A stretch of 64,000 nucleotides of DNA from Eubacteriales bacterium (GTDB taxonomy: Bacteria; Bacillota; Clostridia; Oscillospirales; CAG-272), in the NCBI GenBank assembly GCA_045546615.1, contig JAZQDD010000038.1, positions 2,868 through 66,867 on the forward strand, read 5' to 3'. Position numbers and translations under genes: made by a program. Every line of letters starts with the position of its first letter. The first letter of the stretch is position 1. Positions 15,920 through 26,343 of this stretch are shown piece by piece. The notes beneath the pieces were generated by a model. It was not told where the DNA came from. It did no database searches and saw nothing but the letters and a program-made list of their open reading frames with translations.

Positions 15920-17838
15920 TACTGCCCTCTGTACGTAAGCACGCAAAACTCTCCTACACCAAGCGTAAGGTCGCCTTTGCCGCGTTTTTGGTTATAAATA
16001 TCCTTCCATGCGCCGTCCATTTTGCAAGTCTGCTCATCGAAGGAAAGGTTAGCCGCAACTTTCAAACAGCTCTTTCCCTTGGTACGGACAAACTCAAAAT
16101 ATCCGCCCTCCGCACGGCTTACGCGGAAATCGCCATCCTTAAAGATACTCTCTCTCTTTCGCATTTCGCCAAGTGCGCGGTAGTGAGAGAGCAATTCCTC
16201 GTCCCCTGCATCCCACGCCATGGGTCTGCGGCAGAACGGATCGCCCATTCCCTCCATTCCAAGCTCATCCCCGTAATAAACGCAAGGGAAGCCAAAAACG
16301 GTATACTGAATAGCGGATACCACCCGTAGGAGCTTTTTGCCCCATGCTCTGCCCTCATCGGAGAGGCGCATAGCGGCAAGCTTGTCGTTATCCTGCTCGT
16401 GTCGTGCTATCTCCACAGCCTCACGGTCACCGAGCATGGAGAGTATGCGCTCCGTATCGTGCGTGCCAATGATGTTCATAAGAACGTTTGACACTTGAGG
16501 CGGATACGAGGCGTAAAGCTCGGTAAGCGTATTCGCAAGATGTGCGCTGTTTCGATTGGTTGCATAGTCAATAAGAGCCACGCGCAAGGGGTAGTTCATT
16601 ACGCTGTCAAGCTGTTTTCCCCTGAAATACGAGCGGCGTTTGCTGTATGCAATCTTTTCAACAGCATTTTCCCAGACCTCGCCAATAATGACGGCATCTT
16701 TATTTACAGAATGAGCGCGCTCGCGCAATTCAAACAAAAATTCGTCGGGAAGCTCGTCCGCAACGTCAAGTCGCCAACCGTCCGCTCCCGCAAGGAGATA
16801 TTTTTCTATAACTCCGCCCTTGCCGGTAAAATAATCACGGCATTCGGGATTTGACAGGCGGAGCTTTGGCAAAATGGTGATACCCCACCAAGACTCGTAA
16901 TTTCCGTCATCATGGAAATAATACCAATCACGGTATGCAGAATCCTTATCCTTTGCGGCATCAAAGTACACGCTTTCGTCACCCGTGTGATTAAAAACAC
17001 CGTCAAGTACAACCTTGATGCCCTCGGCATGTGCCGCATCGATGAGCTTTTTAAGTGCGACATCGCCGCCAAAGCCCATGTCAACGCTCATATAATCAGC
17101 AGTATCGTATTTGTGATTACTCTTTGCCGAGAAGATGGGATTCAAATAAATAACGCTAACGCCGAGAGAGGCGAGATACGGGAGCTTTTCAATAACGCCC
17201 CAGAGGTTTCCGCCAAAGAACTGATTGTTTTTTACGGGTTGCCCGCGGAAGTGCGCGTGCTGTACCTCGGCGCCCGTCCACTTTTTGACGCACTCGGCGT
17301 CAGCATCATATTTAGTTCTTCCCTTACCTTTGCAGAAGCGGTCGGGGAATATCTGGTACATCACGCCGCCGTCAAGCCACGACGGAGTTTTGAAACCTTT
17401 CTCATAAACGAGGAGCTTGAAAAAACGTCCTTCCCTATCGGAAAGATTGAAATTAAGGTTATCGTATGTATCTGAAAACAGCGTGTCCGCGCCGCGGAGG
17501 AAAAGGTACTCGTAGTAAAAAAGTCCCGATCCGTCGCCGCCGCAAAGGTCGGCTGTGTTTATTGTAAGCGTATATATATCGTAAATCCAATTAGTGGAGG
17601 TGAATTCAAAGGGAAGGTCACGGTAGGAGGGATCGACGCGTTCCTCGCCGTAAGCGCCGTTATCGCGGGCAATACGCATAACAACAGCACAGGTGCCGAG
17701 CGTTCTCGGCACTTGTGCTGTGAATACGACCTTTGCTCCGCAGGGGAAAGCGCCGAGGGCATCGGCGGCTTTCCTATCATACTGTTTTTTTATTATTACG
17801 CCGTTTTTGGCGATCTCAGTTGAATATACGGGTAGCAT
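15919..17838 (-). CDS. glycoside hydrolase family 13 alpha-glucosidase (neopullulanase/amylase-like)
   Basis: 639 aa; GH13 regions DGVFNH, GWRLDVADE (nucleophile), IGEVWE (acid/base), GTHDTER. Confidence 0.88.
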   Translation of the reverse strand: MLPVYSTEIAKNGVIIKKQYDRKAADALGAFPCGAKVVFTAQVPRTLGTCAVVMRIARDNGAYGEERVDPSYRDLPFEFTSTNWIYDIYTLTINTADLCGGDGSGLFYYEYLFLRGADTLFSDTYDNLNFNLSDREGRFFKLLVYEKGFKTPSWLDGGVMYQIFPDRFCKGKGRTKYDADAECVKKWTGAEVQHAHFRGQPVKNNQFFGGNLWGVIEKLPYLASLGVSVIYLNPIFSAKSNHKYDTADYMSVDMGFGGDVALKKLIDAAHAEGIKVVLDGVFNHTGDESVYFDAAKDKDSAYRDWYYFHDDGNYESWWGITILPKLRLSNPECRDYFTGKGGVIEKYLLAGADGWRLDVADELPDEFLFELRERAHSVNKDAVIIGEVWENAVEKIAYSKRRSYFRGKQLDSVMNYPLRVALIDYATNRNSAHLANTLTELYASYPPQVSNVLMNIIGTHDTERILSMLGDREAVEIARHEQDNDKLAAMRLSDEGRAWGKKLLRVVSAIQYTVFGFPCVYYGDELGMEGMGDPFCRRPMAWDAGDEELLSHYRALGEMRKRESIFKDGDFRVSRAEGGYFEFVRTKGKSCLKVAANLSFDEQTCKMDGAWKDIYNQKRGKGDLTLGVGEFCVLTYRGQ

Positions 17839-17862
17839 TAAGTCTATTTCTCTTTCGGTAAA

Positions 17863-20352
17863 TTATTTTTTGGTTTTTGCCTTGGCAGTCTTCGCGGGAG
17901 CAGCCTTCGGAACGGAAACGCGGTTGAGATGCCAAATTCTGTCGGCATACTCTGCAACTGCTCTGTCGGCGGCGAAGTAGCCGCACTTTGCGATGTTTAC
18001 AAGGGACATACGAGTCCATCTGTCGCGATCGAGGTAATCTCTGTACATTGCGCCGTGAATTCTGTTATAAGAATCAAAATCAGCTATGCAGAGGTAGGGA
18101 TCGGCAACGCCGTAGGTGGGAGAGATAAGGTAGGTTGCGATGTCTGCAAAGGACTCGCCCGCAAAGCCTACGTTAAGTCTGTCGATTATGCGGCGGAGCT
18201 TTTCGTTACGTGCGTAATAAAGCGCGGGAGTGTAGCCGGAGAGCCAAAGCTCCTCGACCTCTGCGGCGTTAAGACCGAAGATATAGATGTTATCGTCGCC
18301 AACTGCGGCGTGCATCTCAACGTTTGCACCGTCAAGAGTACCGATGGTGAGCGCACCGTTTATCATAAGCTTCATACAGCCCGTACCGCTTGCTTCCTTA
18401 CCTGCCATAGAGATCTGCTGGCTGATCTCGGCTGCGGGGATAAGGCACTCTGCCGCACTTACGTTGTAATCCTCAACGAAGATAACGCGGAGCTTTTCGC
18501 GGATCTTGGGGTTAGCATCAAGCTCACGGGAGAGCATACAAATAAGCTGAATGATCCTCTTTGCGAGCTGATATCCGGGAGCTGCCTTTGCGCCGAAGAT
18601 GAACGTTCTGGGGTAGAAATCCATATCGGGATTATCAAGAAGATCAAGATACATTCCGATGATGTTGAGAACGTTAAGAAGCTGACGCTTGTACTCGTGC
18701 AGACGCTTGATCTGTACGTCATATATAGAATGGGTGTCAATGGGTGTACCCGTGCGCTTGTAGATGAACTCGGAGAACGCCTCCTTGTTATCGTGCTTGA
18801 TAGCGCGAAGCTTGTCAAGAACAGCCTTATCGTCAGCGAATGCAAGGAACTTTTCAAGCTCCTCGGGGTTCTTGCGATATCCCGTTCCGATGGTTTCGTC
18901 AAGCAGACCTGCAAGACCTGGGTTGGAGTAGCACAGCCAACGGCGGTGAGCAATACCGTTGGTTACGTTGGTAAATCTTTCGGGCCACATACGGTAGAAA
19001 TCCTTGAATACGGAATCTACAAGTATCTGGGAGTGGAGCTTGGAAACTCCGTTTACGGTGTGAGAGCCGATAACGGCAAGATTTGCCATGTGAACCTGAC
19101 CGTAGCTGATGATGCTCATTGCGGAAACTCTGCCCCAGTTGCCGGGGAAACGCTCCCAAGCCTCTTTGCAGAAGCGCTCGTTGATCTCGCGTACGATGGT
19201 GTGGATTCTGGGAAGTCTGAAACGGAAGAGATCCTCGCTCCACTTTTCAAGTGCCTCAGGCATTACGGTGTGGTTGGTGTAGGAAACGGTGTTGGTGGTG
19301 ATGTACCAAGCATGCTCCCAAGAGTAGTTATATTCGTCTACGAGGATACGCATAAGCTCGGGAATGCAGAGCGCGGGGTGCGTATCGTTGATGTGGATAG
19401 CAACCTTATCATGGAGATTGTCAAGCGTTCCGTAAACCGCCATATGGTCGCGGATAATGCTCTGAACGGACGCGGAAACAAGGAAATACTGCTGAGTAAG
19501 ACGGAGCAGCTTACCTTCCATATGGTTGTCCGAGGGATAAAGCACCTTCGAGATTATCTCGGCACTGTTGCTTTCCTCAAGCGCACGGGTGTACTGACCC
19601 TGAGTGAAGAGTCCCATATTAAAGGAACGGATATCGCGTGCCTTCCAAAGACGGAGTCTGTTTACACCGTCGCTGTCGCCGCCCGAAACCATCATATCGT
19701 AGGGCACTGCCTCGAAGTCCTCGGTGTCCTCGTAGCCTATCTCAAGTCTGCCGTTCTGCCACTTCTCAACTACCTTACCGCCCATCTTGACGGTGAAGAT
19801 ACGGTCGGTACGGGGAACGAGCCATACCTCGCCGCCGGGAAGCCAGATATCAGGCATCTCTACCTGAATACCGTCAACTATCTTCTGCTTGAAAAGACCG
19901 TACTCGTAGCAAAGCGAGAATCCGCAAGCGGGATAATCGAGCGAGGAGAGAGAGTCCATAAAGCAGGCAGCAAGTCTGCCAAGACCGCCGTTTCCAAGTC
20001 CTGCATCAGGCTCACACTCATAAAGATCGTCAAGATCGTAGCCAAGATTCTTCAGAGCCTTCTTATAGGACTCGGCAAGTCCGAGGTTGTGAAGGCTGGT
20101 CTTGAGCGAGCGTCCCATAAGGAACTCCATGCACATATAGTAAATGCGCTTTTCGCCCTTGTGATTGATGGTATCCTTGAACTCGGAGCGCTTCTCGGTA
20201 AGGATGTCCTTTACGGTGTGAACAACAGCCTTATACATCTGCTCGCGCGAAGCGTCGCGGGCGGTTGCGCCGAACTGGCGCGAAAGCTTTTGTTCAATAT
20301 TAAATTTTACTTCAGTTGCGTTAGGTTTGTAATTCAAATCAACTTCCTCCAA
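17863..20352 (-). CDS. glgP: glycogen/alpha-glucan phosphorylase (GT35)
   Basis: 829 aa; PLP-lysine region EASGTGCMKLMINGALTIGTLDGANVE; LGNGGLGRLAACF. Confidence 0.96.
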   Translation of the reverse strand: MEEVDLNYKPNATEVKFNIEQKLSRQFGATARDASREQMYKAVVHTVKDILTEKRSEFKDTINHKGEKRIYYMCMEFLMGRSLKTSLHNLGLAESYKKALKNLGYDLDDLYECEPDAGLGNGGLGRLAACFMDSLSSLDYPACGFSLCYEYGLFKQKIVDGIQVEMPDIWLPGGEVWLVPRTDRIFTVKMGGKVVEKWQNGRLEIGYEDTEDFEAVPYDMMVSGGDSDGVNRLRLWKARDIRSFNMGLFTQGQYTRALEESNSAEIISKVLYPSDNHMEGKLLRLTQQYFLVSASVQSIIRDHMAVYGTLDNLHDKVAIHINDTHPALCIPELMRILVDEYNYSWEHAWYITTNTVSYTNHTVMPEALEKWSEDLFRFRLPRIHTIVREINERFCKEAWERFPGNWGRVSAMSIISYGQVHMANLAVIGSHTVNGVSKLHSQILVDSVFKDFYRMWPERFTNVTNGIAHRRWLCYSNPGLAGLLDETIGTGYRKNPEELEKFLAFADDKAVLDKLRAIKHDNKEAFSEFIYKRTGTPIDTHSIYDVQIKRLHEYKRQLLNVLNIIGMYLDLLDNPDMDFYPRTFIFGAKAAPGYQLAKRIIQLICMLSRELDANPKIREKLRVIFVEDYNVSAAECLIPAAEISQQISMAGKEASGTGCMKLMINGALTIGTLDGANVEMHAAVGDDNIYIFGLNAAEVEELWLSGYTPALYYARNEKLRRIIDRLNVGFAGESFADIATYLISPTYGVADPYLCIADFDSYNRIHGAMYRDYLDRDRWTRMSLVNIAKCGYFAADRAVAEYADRIWHLNRVSVPKAAPAKTAKAKTKK

Positions 20353-20365
20353 TGTTTGTCTTTAA

Positions 20366-21805
20366 TTAGTTAAGGCTGTCATACATACTGACGTACTGCT
20401 TTGCAGAGGATGCCCACGAAAAATCGGTGGACATTATCTTCTTTATAAATTTCCTTGCCTTTTTCTTGTCCTTCAAGAGCTCTGCGGCGGCGCAGGTGCG
20501 CTCGTAAAGCTCGGCGGCGCTGTAATTGGCAAAGGTAAAGCCGTTACCCATAAGCGTGCCGTCCTCTTTCTCCCAATAGCCGTGGATAGAGTCGGCAAGT
20601 CCGCCCGTTTCACGTACCACGGGAATCGCGCCATATCTTGACGCTATCATCTGCGAAAGTCCGCACGGCTCGCTCTTTGACGGCATCATAAAGATATCCG
20701 CCGCGGCGTATATCCTACGCGACAGGTCTCTGTCGTAGGTTATCAGTGCGCGTGCCTGATCGGGGAATTCTGCCTCAAGGGCGCGGAAAAAGTCCTCATA
20801 CTTGCTCTCGCCGCATCCAAGCACCACAAACTGTGCGCCCGTGTTCCAAAGAACACCGCGTATGCACTCTGCCACAAGGTCAAGCCCCTTGTGAGAGGCA
20901 AGGCGCGAAATGACAGCAATAAGCGGTACGTCGTTATCGGGCAGTCCGATCTCTCGGCGCAGGCTCGTGCGGCAAGCCGCCTTCTGCGCGGGAGCGCTTG
21001 CACTGTAATTCTTGGGCAGGATCGGATCCTTTCCGGGATCGTAATACTCATAGTCTATACCGTTGAGTATTCCGCGCACCTTTGACGAATTCCTCTGAAG
21101 AATGCGCCACAAGCCGTGCGAATACTCCGGAGACATTATCTCCTCGGCGTATCTCGGACTAACGGTGGTAACTATCTCCGCGGACTCTATTGCGCCCTTC
21201 ATGAGATTTATGCATCCATCATATTCCACGCACTCTCGGTCGGCGGCACCAAGACCGAAAACATCCCCGAGAATGTAGAAATCGTATTTACCCTGATATT
21301 CAATATTATGAATGGTAAACACGCGGCGGATAGCGGCGTACTGCGGACGGCCCATATATTTGCGGCAAAGATATATCAATGAAAGCGCAGACTGCCAATC
21401 GTTTGCGTGAAGCACCTTCGGGAAGAAATTTATCCTCGGAAGCATTTCAAGCACCGCAGTGCAGAAGAAAGCAAAGCGTTCACCGTCATCAAAATGACCG
21501 TAAAGCCCGCCCGCGCGGTCAAAATAATATTCATTGTCAACGAAATAATAGGTAACTCCATCCTTTACGAGACTGAGTATTCCACAGTACTGACGGCGCC
21601 AGGCAAGCTCAACGGTAAATACCGCCTCCGTCTTCATCTGCTCGCGCCATTGTGCGCCAACAGCCGAATAGAGGGGCATGACTACGCGCACGTCCGTTCC
21701 CTCTGCGGCGAGTGCCGTGGGGAGTGAGCCAAGAACATCGCCAAGTCCGCCCGTGGCGGCAAATGGCATTGCTTCAGCTCCTACGAAAAGTACACTTTTT
21801 TTCAT
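20366..21805 (-). CDS. glgA: glycogen synthase (GT5)
   Basis: 479 aa; N-terminal AEAMPFAATGGLGDV, C-terminal MPSKSEPCGLSQM. Confidence 0.96.
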   Translation of the reverse strand: MKKSVLFVGAEAMPFAATGGLGDVLGSLPTALAAEGTDVRVVMPLYSAVGAQWREQMKTEAVFTVELAWRRQYCGILSLVKDGVTYYFVDNEYYFDRAGGLYGHFDDGERFAFFCTAVLEMLPRINFFPKVLHANDWQSALSLIYLCRKYMGRPQYAAIRRVFTIHNIEYQGKYDFYILGDVFGLGAADRECVEYDGCINLMKGAIESAEIVTTVSPRYAEEIMSPEYSHGLWRILQRNSSKVRGILNGIDYEYYDPGKDPILPKNYSASAPAQKAACRTSLRREIGLPDNDVPLIAVISRLASHKGLDLVAECIRGVLWNTGAQFVVLGCGESKYEDFFRALEAEFPDQARALITYDRDLSRRIYAAADIFMMPSKSEPCGLSQMIASRYGAIPVVRETGGLADSIHGYWEKEDGTLMGNGFTFANYSAAELYERTCAAAELLKDKKKARKFIKKIMSTDFSWASSAKQYVSMYDSLN

Positions 21806-21825
21806 TGTTAGACCTCTTTATTTAT

Positions 21826-22959
21826 TTACACCATTATTCCCTTGCCTATGAAGAACGGCATGGATTCGTGTCCCGAAAGAACGCGGGAATCACGAATAAT
21901 GGCATTTTTATCAGTAATAACACAGTTGAGGGACACATTCTGTCCAACGTACGTATCCTGAAGCAGAATGGAATTTTTGATCTTTGTGCCTCGTCCGACC
22001 TTTACTCCGCGGAAAATTATGCAGTTTTCCACCTCGCCCTCGATAACGCATCCGTCAGCTATAACGGAATTTGTCACCTTGGCGCCCTCGCAATATGTCG
22101 TGGGGGCGGAGTTGCGAACCTTCGTGTATACGGCGCGGTTCTCCTGTCTGAAGAGCGCGTTACGCACATTCGCGTCAAGAAGGCTCATAGAGCAATCGAA
22201 ATAGCCCGAAATAGAGCTGATGTTTGCATAATATCCGTGGTAACGGTATGCGCGGTAGTTGGCTCTGCCGATGTTTTTGAGAATGACCTCGCTAAAGAAG
22301 TGCGTGTATCCGTGTGCAGAAGCGTCAAGCAATGTAGCTTGCAGGTAGCTACGGGTGATCACCATAATATTGGTGGAAACCTCTGCCTCGTCGCAAAGCC
22401 CCTTTGTGTACTCTGCCACCTCGTAGATGTTGCCGTTATCGTCGGCATTTACTATCCACTGTCTTGCGGCAATGGCGCTTGCGCTTCTGACGCGCTTGGT
22501 TACGATGGTGATGTCCGCGCCGCTTCTCTCGTGGTACTTGATAACATCGCGAAGGTCTATGTTGCAGATAGCATCGCAATCGGAAAGAACAATAACGTCC
22601 TCGTCACAACGGGAAATGAAATTCATTACGCCCATCATAGCCTCAAGGCGAGTATGATAAAGCGAGGGAGTTCCTTTAGAATCAAAAGCGGAAATAAACG
22701 GGGGGAGCAACTTGATACCGCCCGAACGGCGAGCCAGATCCCAGTCCTTACCCGTTCCGATGTGATCAAGAAGCGACTGATAATTATAGTGAGTTATAAC
22801 GCCAACTTTAGTGATGTTGGAGTTTACCATATTGGAAAGCGGAAAATCGATAAGACGGTATCTGCCACCAAAGGGAACGCTCGCCATAGTGCGATGGCGG
22901 GTAAGCTCCGGCAGACATTCGTCGTGAATATTGGAAAATATAAGTCCTGCTGCGGTCAT
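21826..22959 (-). CDS. glgD: glucose-1-phosphate adenylyltransferase regulatory subunit GlgD
   Basis: Start set at ATG 22959 (RBS AGGAGG) rather than GTG 22995. VPFGGRYRLIDFPLSNMVNS; lacks the GGxGxRL motif of GlgC; left-handed beta-helix C-terminus. Confidence 0.9.
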   Translation of the reverse strand: MTAAGLIFSNIHDECLPELTRHRTMASVPFGGRYRLIDFPLSNMVNSNITKVGVITHYNYQSLLDHIGTGKDWDLARRSGGIKLLPPFISAFDSKGTPSLYHTRLEAMMGVMNFISRCDEDVIVLSDCDAICNIDLRDVIKYHERSGADITIVTKRVRSASAIAARQWIVNADDNGNIYEVAEYTKGLCDEAEVSTNIMVITRSYLQATLLDASAHGYTHFFSEVILKNIGRANYRAYRYHGYYANISSISGYFDCSMSLLDANVRNALFRQENRAVYTKVRNSAPTTYCEGAKVTNSVIADGCVIEGEVENCIIFRGVKVGRGTKIKNSILLQDTYVGQNVSLNCVITDKNAIIRDSRVLSGHESMPFFIGKGIMV

Positions 22960-22988
22960 TTTAATATCCTCCTTTTTAATTTCTGCCC

Positions 22989-24176
22989 TTACCACTCGCC
23001 GTAAAGCATCGCGCCCTGGGGAACGTTCTCCCCTGCCGCAACGTTTACGCCTGCGCCAACAACAGCTACCTCTACGCCCTCTGCACGATCTGCGCCGAGA
23101 GTTGCGCCCTCTCCGACGTAGGCAAAGGAATCGACGATGGAATACTTAACAACGGCATTTTTGTCTATCGTAGCACCGCTCATAATAACGGAGTCCACGA
23201 CCTCTGCACCCTCTAAAACGCGCACACCAACGCCGAGAACGGAATTTTTGACCTTTCCGTATATCTCACAGCCCTCGGTAATGGAGCAGTTGGATATTTC
23301 CGCGTCCTTGCTTATAAACTGCGGAGCCTGTGCGTAGTGGCGTGCGTAGATGCGCCACTTGTCGTCGTTGAGAACAAGTGCGGGGTCTGCGCCAAGCATA
23401 TCCATGTTTGCTTCCCAGAGGGATTTGATGGTTCCGACGTCCTTCCAATAGCCTGAGAAGGGGTACGCGAACATTCTCTCGCCTGCGCCAAGCATTGCGG
23501 GAATGATGTTTTTACCGAAATCGTTTTCGGAGTTGGGGTTCTTCTCGTCCTCCTCAAGATAGGAAAGGAGCTTTTTGGTATTGAAGATGTAAATACCCAT
23601 CGAAGCCTTCGTGCTATCGGGGTTTTGGGGCTTTTCGGAGAACTTCCACACGCTTCCGTCATCGTTTACGCTCATGATACCAAAGCGGCTTGCTTCCTCG
23701 ATCGGAACGTCGATAACGGCGATGGTGCAATCCGCATTGTTGCGCTTGTGTGCGGCAAGCATTGCGGCGTAGTCCATTTTATAAATATGGTCACCCGAAA
23801 GTATCAAAACGTACTCGGGATCATACTGCTTGATGAACTGAATATTCTGATAAATTGCATTGGCAGTTCCGCGATACCAATCGGCGCGATCCTTGCCCTG
23901 ATACGGGGGCAAAATCTTTACACCGCCGTAGTTGCGGTCGAGGTCCCAGGGAAGTCCGTTGCCTATATAATCATTCAGGAGCAGGGGCTGATACTGAGTG
24001 AGGACGCCTACGGTGTCAATGCCTGAGTTAACACAGTTTGAAAGGGGGAAATCGATGATGCGATATTTGCCGCCGAACAAAACGGCGGGCTTAGCGAGCT
24101 TTGAAGTAAGCGCGTAGAGTCGGCTTCCCTGTCCACCCGCGAGAAGCATTGCGACACATTCTTTTTTCTTATACAT
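22989..24176 (-). CDS. glgC: glucose-1-phosphate adenylyltransferase
   Basis: 395 aa; [42 protein letters not shown] motifs. Confidence 0.96.
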   Translation of the reverse strand: MYKKKECVAMLLAGGQGSRLYALTSKLAKPAVLFGGKYRIIDFPLSNCVNSGIDTVGVLTQYQPLLLNDYIGNGLPWDLDRNYGGVKILPPYQGKDRADWYRGTANAIYQNIQFIKQYDPEYVLILSGDHIYKMDYAAMLAAHKRNNADCTIAVIDVPIEEASRFGIMSVNDDGSVWKFSEKPQNPDSTKASMGIYIFNTKKLLSYLEEDEKNPNSENDFGKNIIPAMLGAGERMFAYPFSGYWKDVGTIKSLWEANMDMLGADPALVLNDDKWRIYARHYAQAPQFISKDAEISNCSITEGCEIYGKVKNSVLGVGVRVLEGAEVVDSVIMSGATIDKNAVVKYSIVDSFAYVGEGATLGADRAEGVEVAVVGAGVNVAAGENVPQGAMLYGEW

Positions 24177-24210
24177 AGCTTTGATCCGATCCTTTCTTGC
24201 GATATATTAC

Positions 24211-26151
24211 TTATTTATTATTCTTTTTTCTGCACGAAGCGGCTTTCTTTGCCTTGGGAGCGGGTTCAGCGTCAGCCTCCTTGGCTTCGAGCTTGAATAT
24301 CAACGCGCCGTGAGGTGCAAGGCGAATGGATACGGAATTATCCCACTTGCCTGCGGGGATCGGCTCGCTTACGATTCCGTCGGGGTGCGTTACACCGCCG
24401 CCGCCGTACGCAAGATCGTCGCTTGAGAGAAGCTCGCTCCAGCGTCCCGCAAAGGGTACGCCGAGTCGGTATTCGGGGTAATAAACGGGGGTGTAGTTGA
24501 TAACCACAAGAAGCTCGCCGTCGTCTGACATTCTGCGGTAAGCGATCACGCTTGCATCTGCGTTATCGACCTCAACCCAATCAAAACCGCTCCAATCTGT
24601 ATCCCTCGCCCACAGGGGGGAATTGGCAAGGTACAAGTGATTGAGGTCGGCATTAAAGCGTTGTAGTCTTGCGTGCTTATCATAATCGAGCATAAACCAC
24701 TCAAGGCTATCATTATAATCCCACTCGCGGAACGGGCCATACTCGCAGCCCATAAAGAGCAGTTTTTTACCCGGATGCGTCATCATATAAGTCATAAACG
24801 CTCTCGTTCCCGCAAACTTGTTGTAATAGTCACCGGGCGCACGGTCAAGAAGTGACTTTTTGCCGTGAACTACCTCGTCGTGCGAGATGGGAAGCATATA
24901 CTTTTCGCCGAAGGCGTACATCAGCGAGAAGGTCATTTTATCGTGATGGTATTTTCTGTATATCGGGTCGGTCTCAAGATAGGCAAGACCGTCATTCATC
25001 CAGCCCATGTTCCATTTATAGGTAAAGCCGAGTCCGTCACCATCAAACGAGGTAAGACCTGCCCACGCGCTCGATTCCTCCGCTATCATCATAACGGCGG
25101 GGTGGCGACCTGCCATATGACCGTTGAGCTTCTTGAAGAACGCCATAGCCTCAAGGCAACGGTTATCGCCGTAGATATTGGGTACCCATTCGCCGGGTGC
25201 TTTATCGTAATCGAGATAGAGCATGGACGCTACCGCGTCAACGCGGATTCCGTCCGCGTGGTAGACCTCCGCCCAGAAGCAGGCGTTGGAAACGAGGAAG
25301 GACTGAACCTCCGTTCTGCCCACGTCAAAGCGGCGTGTGCCCCAGCCCTTATGCTCCATTCTGTCCCAGCCCTGATACTCGTAAAGCGGCTGTCCGTCAA
25401 ACTCGTAAAGGCCGTGTGCATCCTTGGGGAAGTGCGCGGGAACCCAGTCGAGGATAACGCCAATACCCGCCTCGTGCATAGCGTCAACGAGAGCGCAGAA
25501 ATCGCGGGGAGAGCCAAAGCGCGAGGTGGGCGCGTAATATCCCGTGACCTGATAGCCCCAAGAGCCGTCAAAGGGATGCTCCATAACGGGCAAAAGCTCT
25601 ATGTGAGTATATCCCATCTGCTTGACGTACTGAGGAAGCTCGTGCGCAAGCTCAAGATAGCTAAGATAAGTTCCGTCCTCGTGACGCTTCCAAGAGCCGA
25701 GATGAAGCTCGTAAACGTTTATTGGGCGGTTATAATCCCTCGCATTCGGGCGGAAGCTCATCCAGCCCGCGTCACGCCACGGATAATCGGTGGGGGCAGT
25801 GTAAACGAGAGATGCGGTTGCAGGGGGAAGCTCGGCGGCAAAGGCGTAGGGGTCAGCCTTCTGAAGCTGTCTGCCGTCCCTTGTGTGAATAAGATACTTA
25901 TAGCGAGTTCCGTCGGGCATATCGGGAAGTGATATCTCCCAAATACCTCCGTCATTCAAGCGGCGCATATAGTAGCCGTGACAGCCCTGCCAGCCGTTGA
26001 AGTCACCTATTACGGCAACCGCCGTGGCGTTGGGAGCCCAAACGCGGAAGGTGAGCAAGCCATCTTCACGGTGGACACCGAAATAATTGTATGACTCAAA
26101 GTTAGTTCCCTGGTGAAACAGATATTCCGCCATTTCATTTTTATTGCTCAT
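24211..26151 (-). CDS. glgB: 1,4-alpha-glucan branching enzyme
   Basis: 646 aa; DWVPAHF, GIRVDAVASM, MIAEESSAW, ISHDEVVHGK GH13_9 motifs. Confidence 0.96.
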   Translation of the reverse strand: MSNKNEMAEYLFHQGTNFESYNYFGVHREDGLLTFRVWAPNATAVAVIGDFNGWQGCHGYYMRRLNDGGIWEISLPDMPDGTRYKYLIHTRDGRQLQKADPYAFAAELPPATASLVYTAPTDYPWRDAGWMSFRPNARDYNRPINVYELHLGSWKRHEDGTYLSYLELAHELPQYVKQMGYTHIELLPVMEHPFDGSWGYQVTGYYAPTSRFGSPRDFCALVDAMHEAGIGVILDWVPAHFPKDAHGLYEFDGQPLYEYQGWDRMEHKGWGTRRFDVGRTEVQSFLVSNACFWAEVYHADGIRVDAVASMLYLDYDKAPGEWVPNIYGDNRCLEAMAFFKKLNGHMAGRHPAVMMIAEESSAWAGLTSFDGDGLGFTYKWNMGWMNDGLAYLETDPIYRKYHHDKMTFSLMYAFGEKYMLPISHDEVVHGKKSLLDRAPGDYYNKFAGTRAFMTYMMTHPGKKLLFMGCEYGPFREWDYNDSLEWFMLDYDKHARLQRFNADLNHLYLANSPLWARDTDWSGFDWVEVDNADASVIAYRRMSDDGELLVVINYTPVYYPEYRLGVPFAGRWSELLSSDDLAYGGGGVTHPDGIVSEPIPAGKWDNSVSIRLAPHGALIFKLEAKEADAEPAPKAKKAASCRKKNNK

Positions 26152-26201
26152 TTTTTATCCTCCCTCAACAGAAAAATCGGAATCAAATTTTCCTATTTTA
26201 T

Positions 26202-26230
26202 ATTATACAACATTTCGAGGTCAATTTCAA
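26202..26230 (-). promoter_or_regulatory. candidate sigma-A promoter of the glg operon
   Basis: Minus strand TTGAAA-17 nt-TATAAT in a very AT-rich 190-bp intergenic region. Confidence 0.4.
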
Positions 26231-26313
26231 TTGCAAAATTTAATATTTTATTATTTTAGTAAAGTTTAATAATAATATAATATTATATCGATAATTTTAT
26301 TCCATTATAACAG

Positions 26314-26339
26314 AAAAAAGCCTCTTTTGAGGCTTTTTT
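26314..26339 (-). terminator. rho-independent terminator after sigG
   Basis: AAAAAAGCCTC-TTTTG-AGGCTTTTTT. Confidence 0.85.
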
Positions 26340-26343
26340 CGTA

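Noticed and set aside
21712-23004. 430-aa plus-strand ORF covering all of glgD. Similar long antisense ORFs: 24865-25932 (glgB), 35982-37286 (sigA), 48377-49549 and 47372-48250 (dnaK/grpE), 56172-57323 (rpsD/rpsK), 55028-55978 (rpoA), 59503-60498 (secY), 62112-63002 (rplR/rplF), 34829-35818, 42170-43006, 43185-44003, 45211-45948.
   Set aside because: Each is in the exact codon-complement register of a well-supported minus-strand gene. The translations are low-complexity with no recognisable family and no RBS. The pattern is explained by avoidance of TTA/CTA/TCA codons in the sense genes. I treat them as shadow ORFs (see the finding at 17929-20373).
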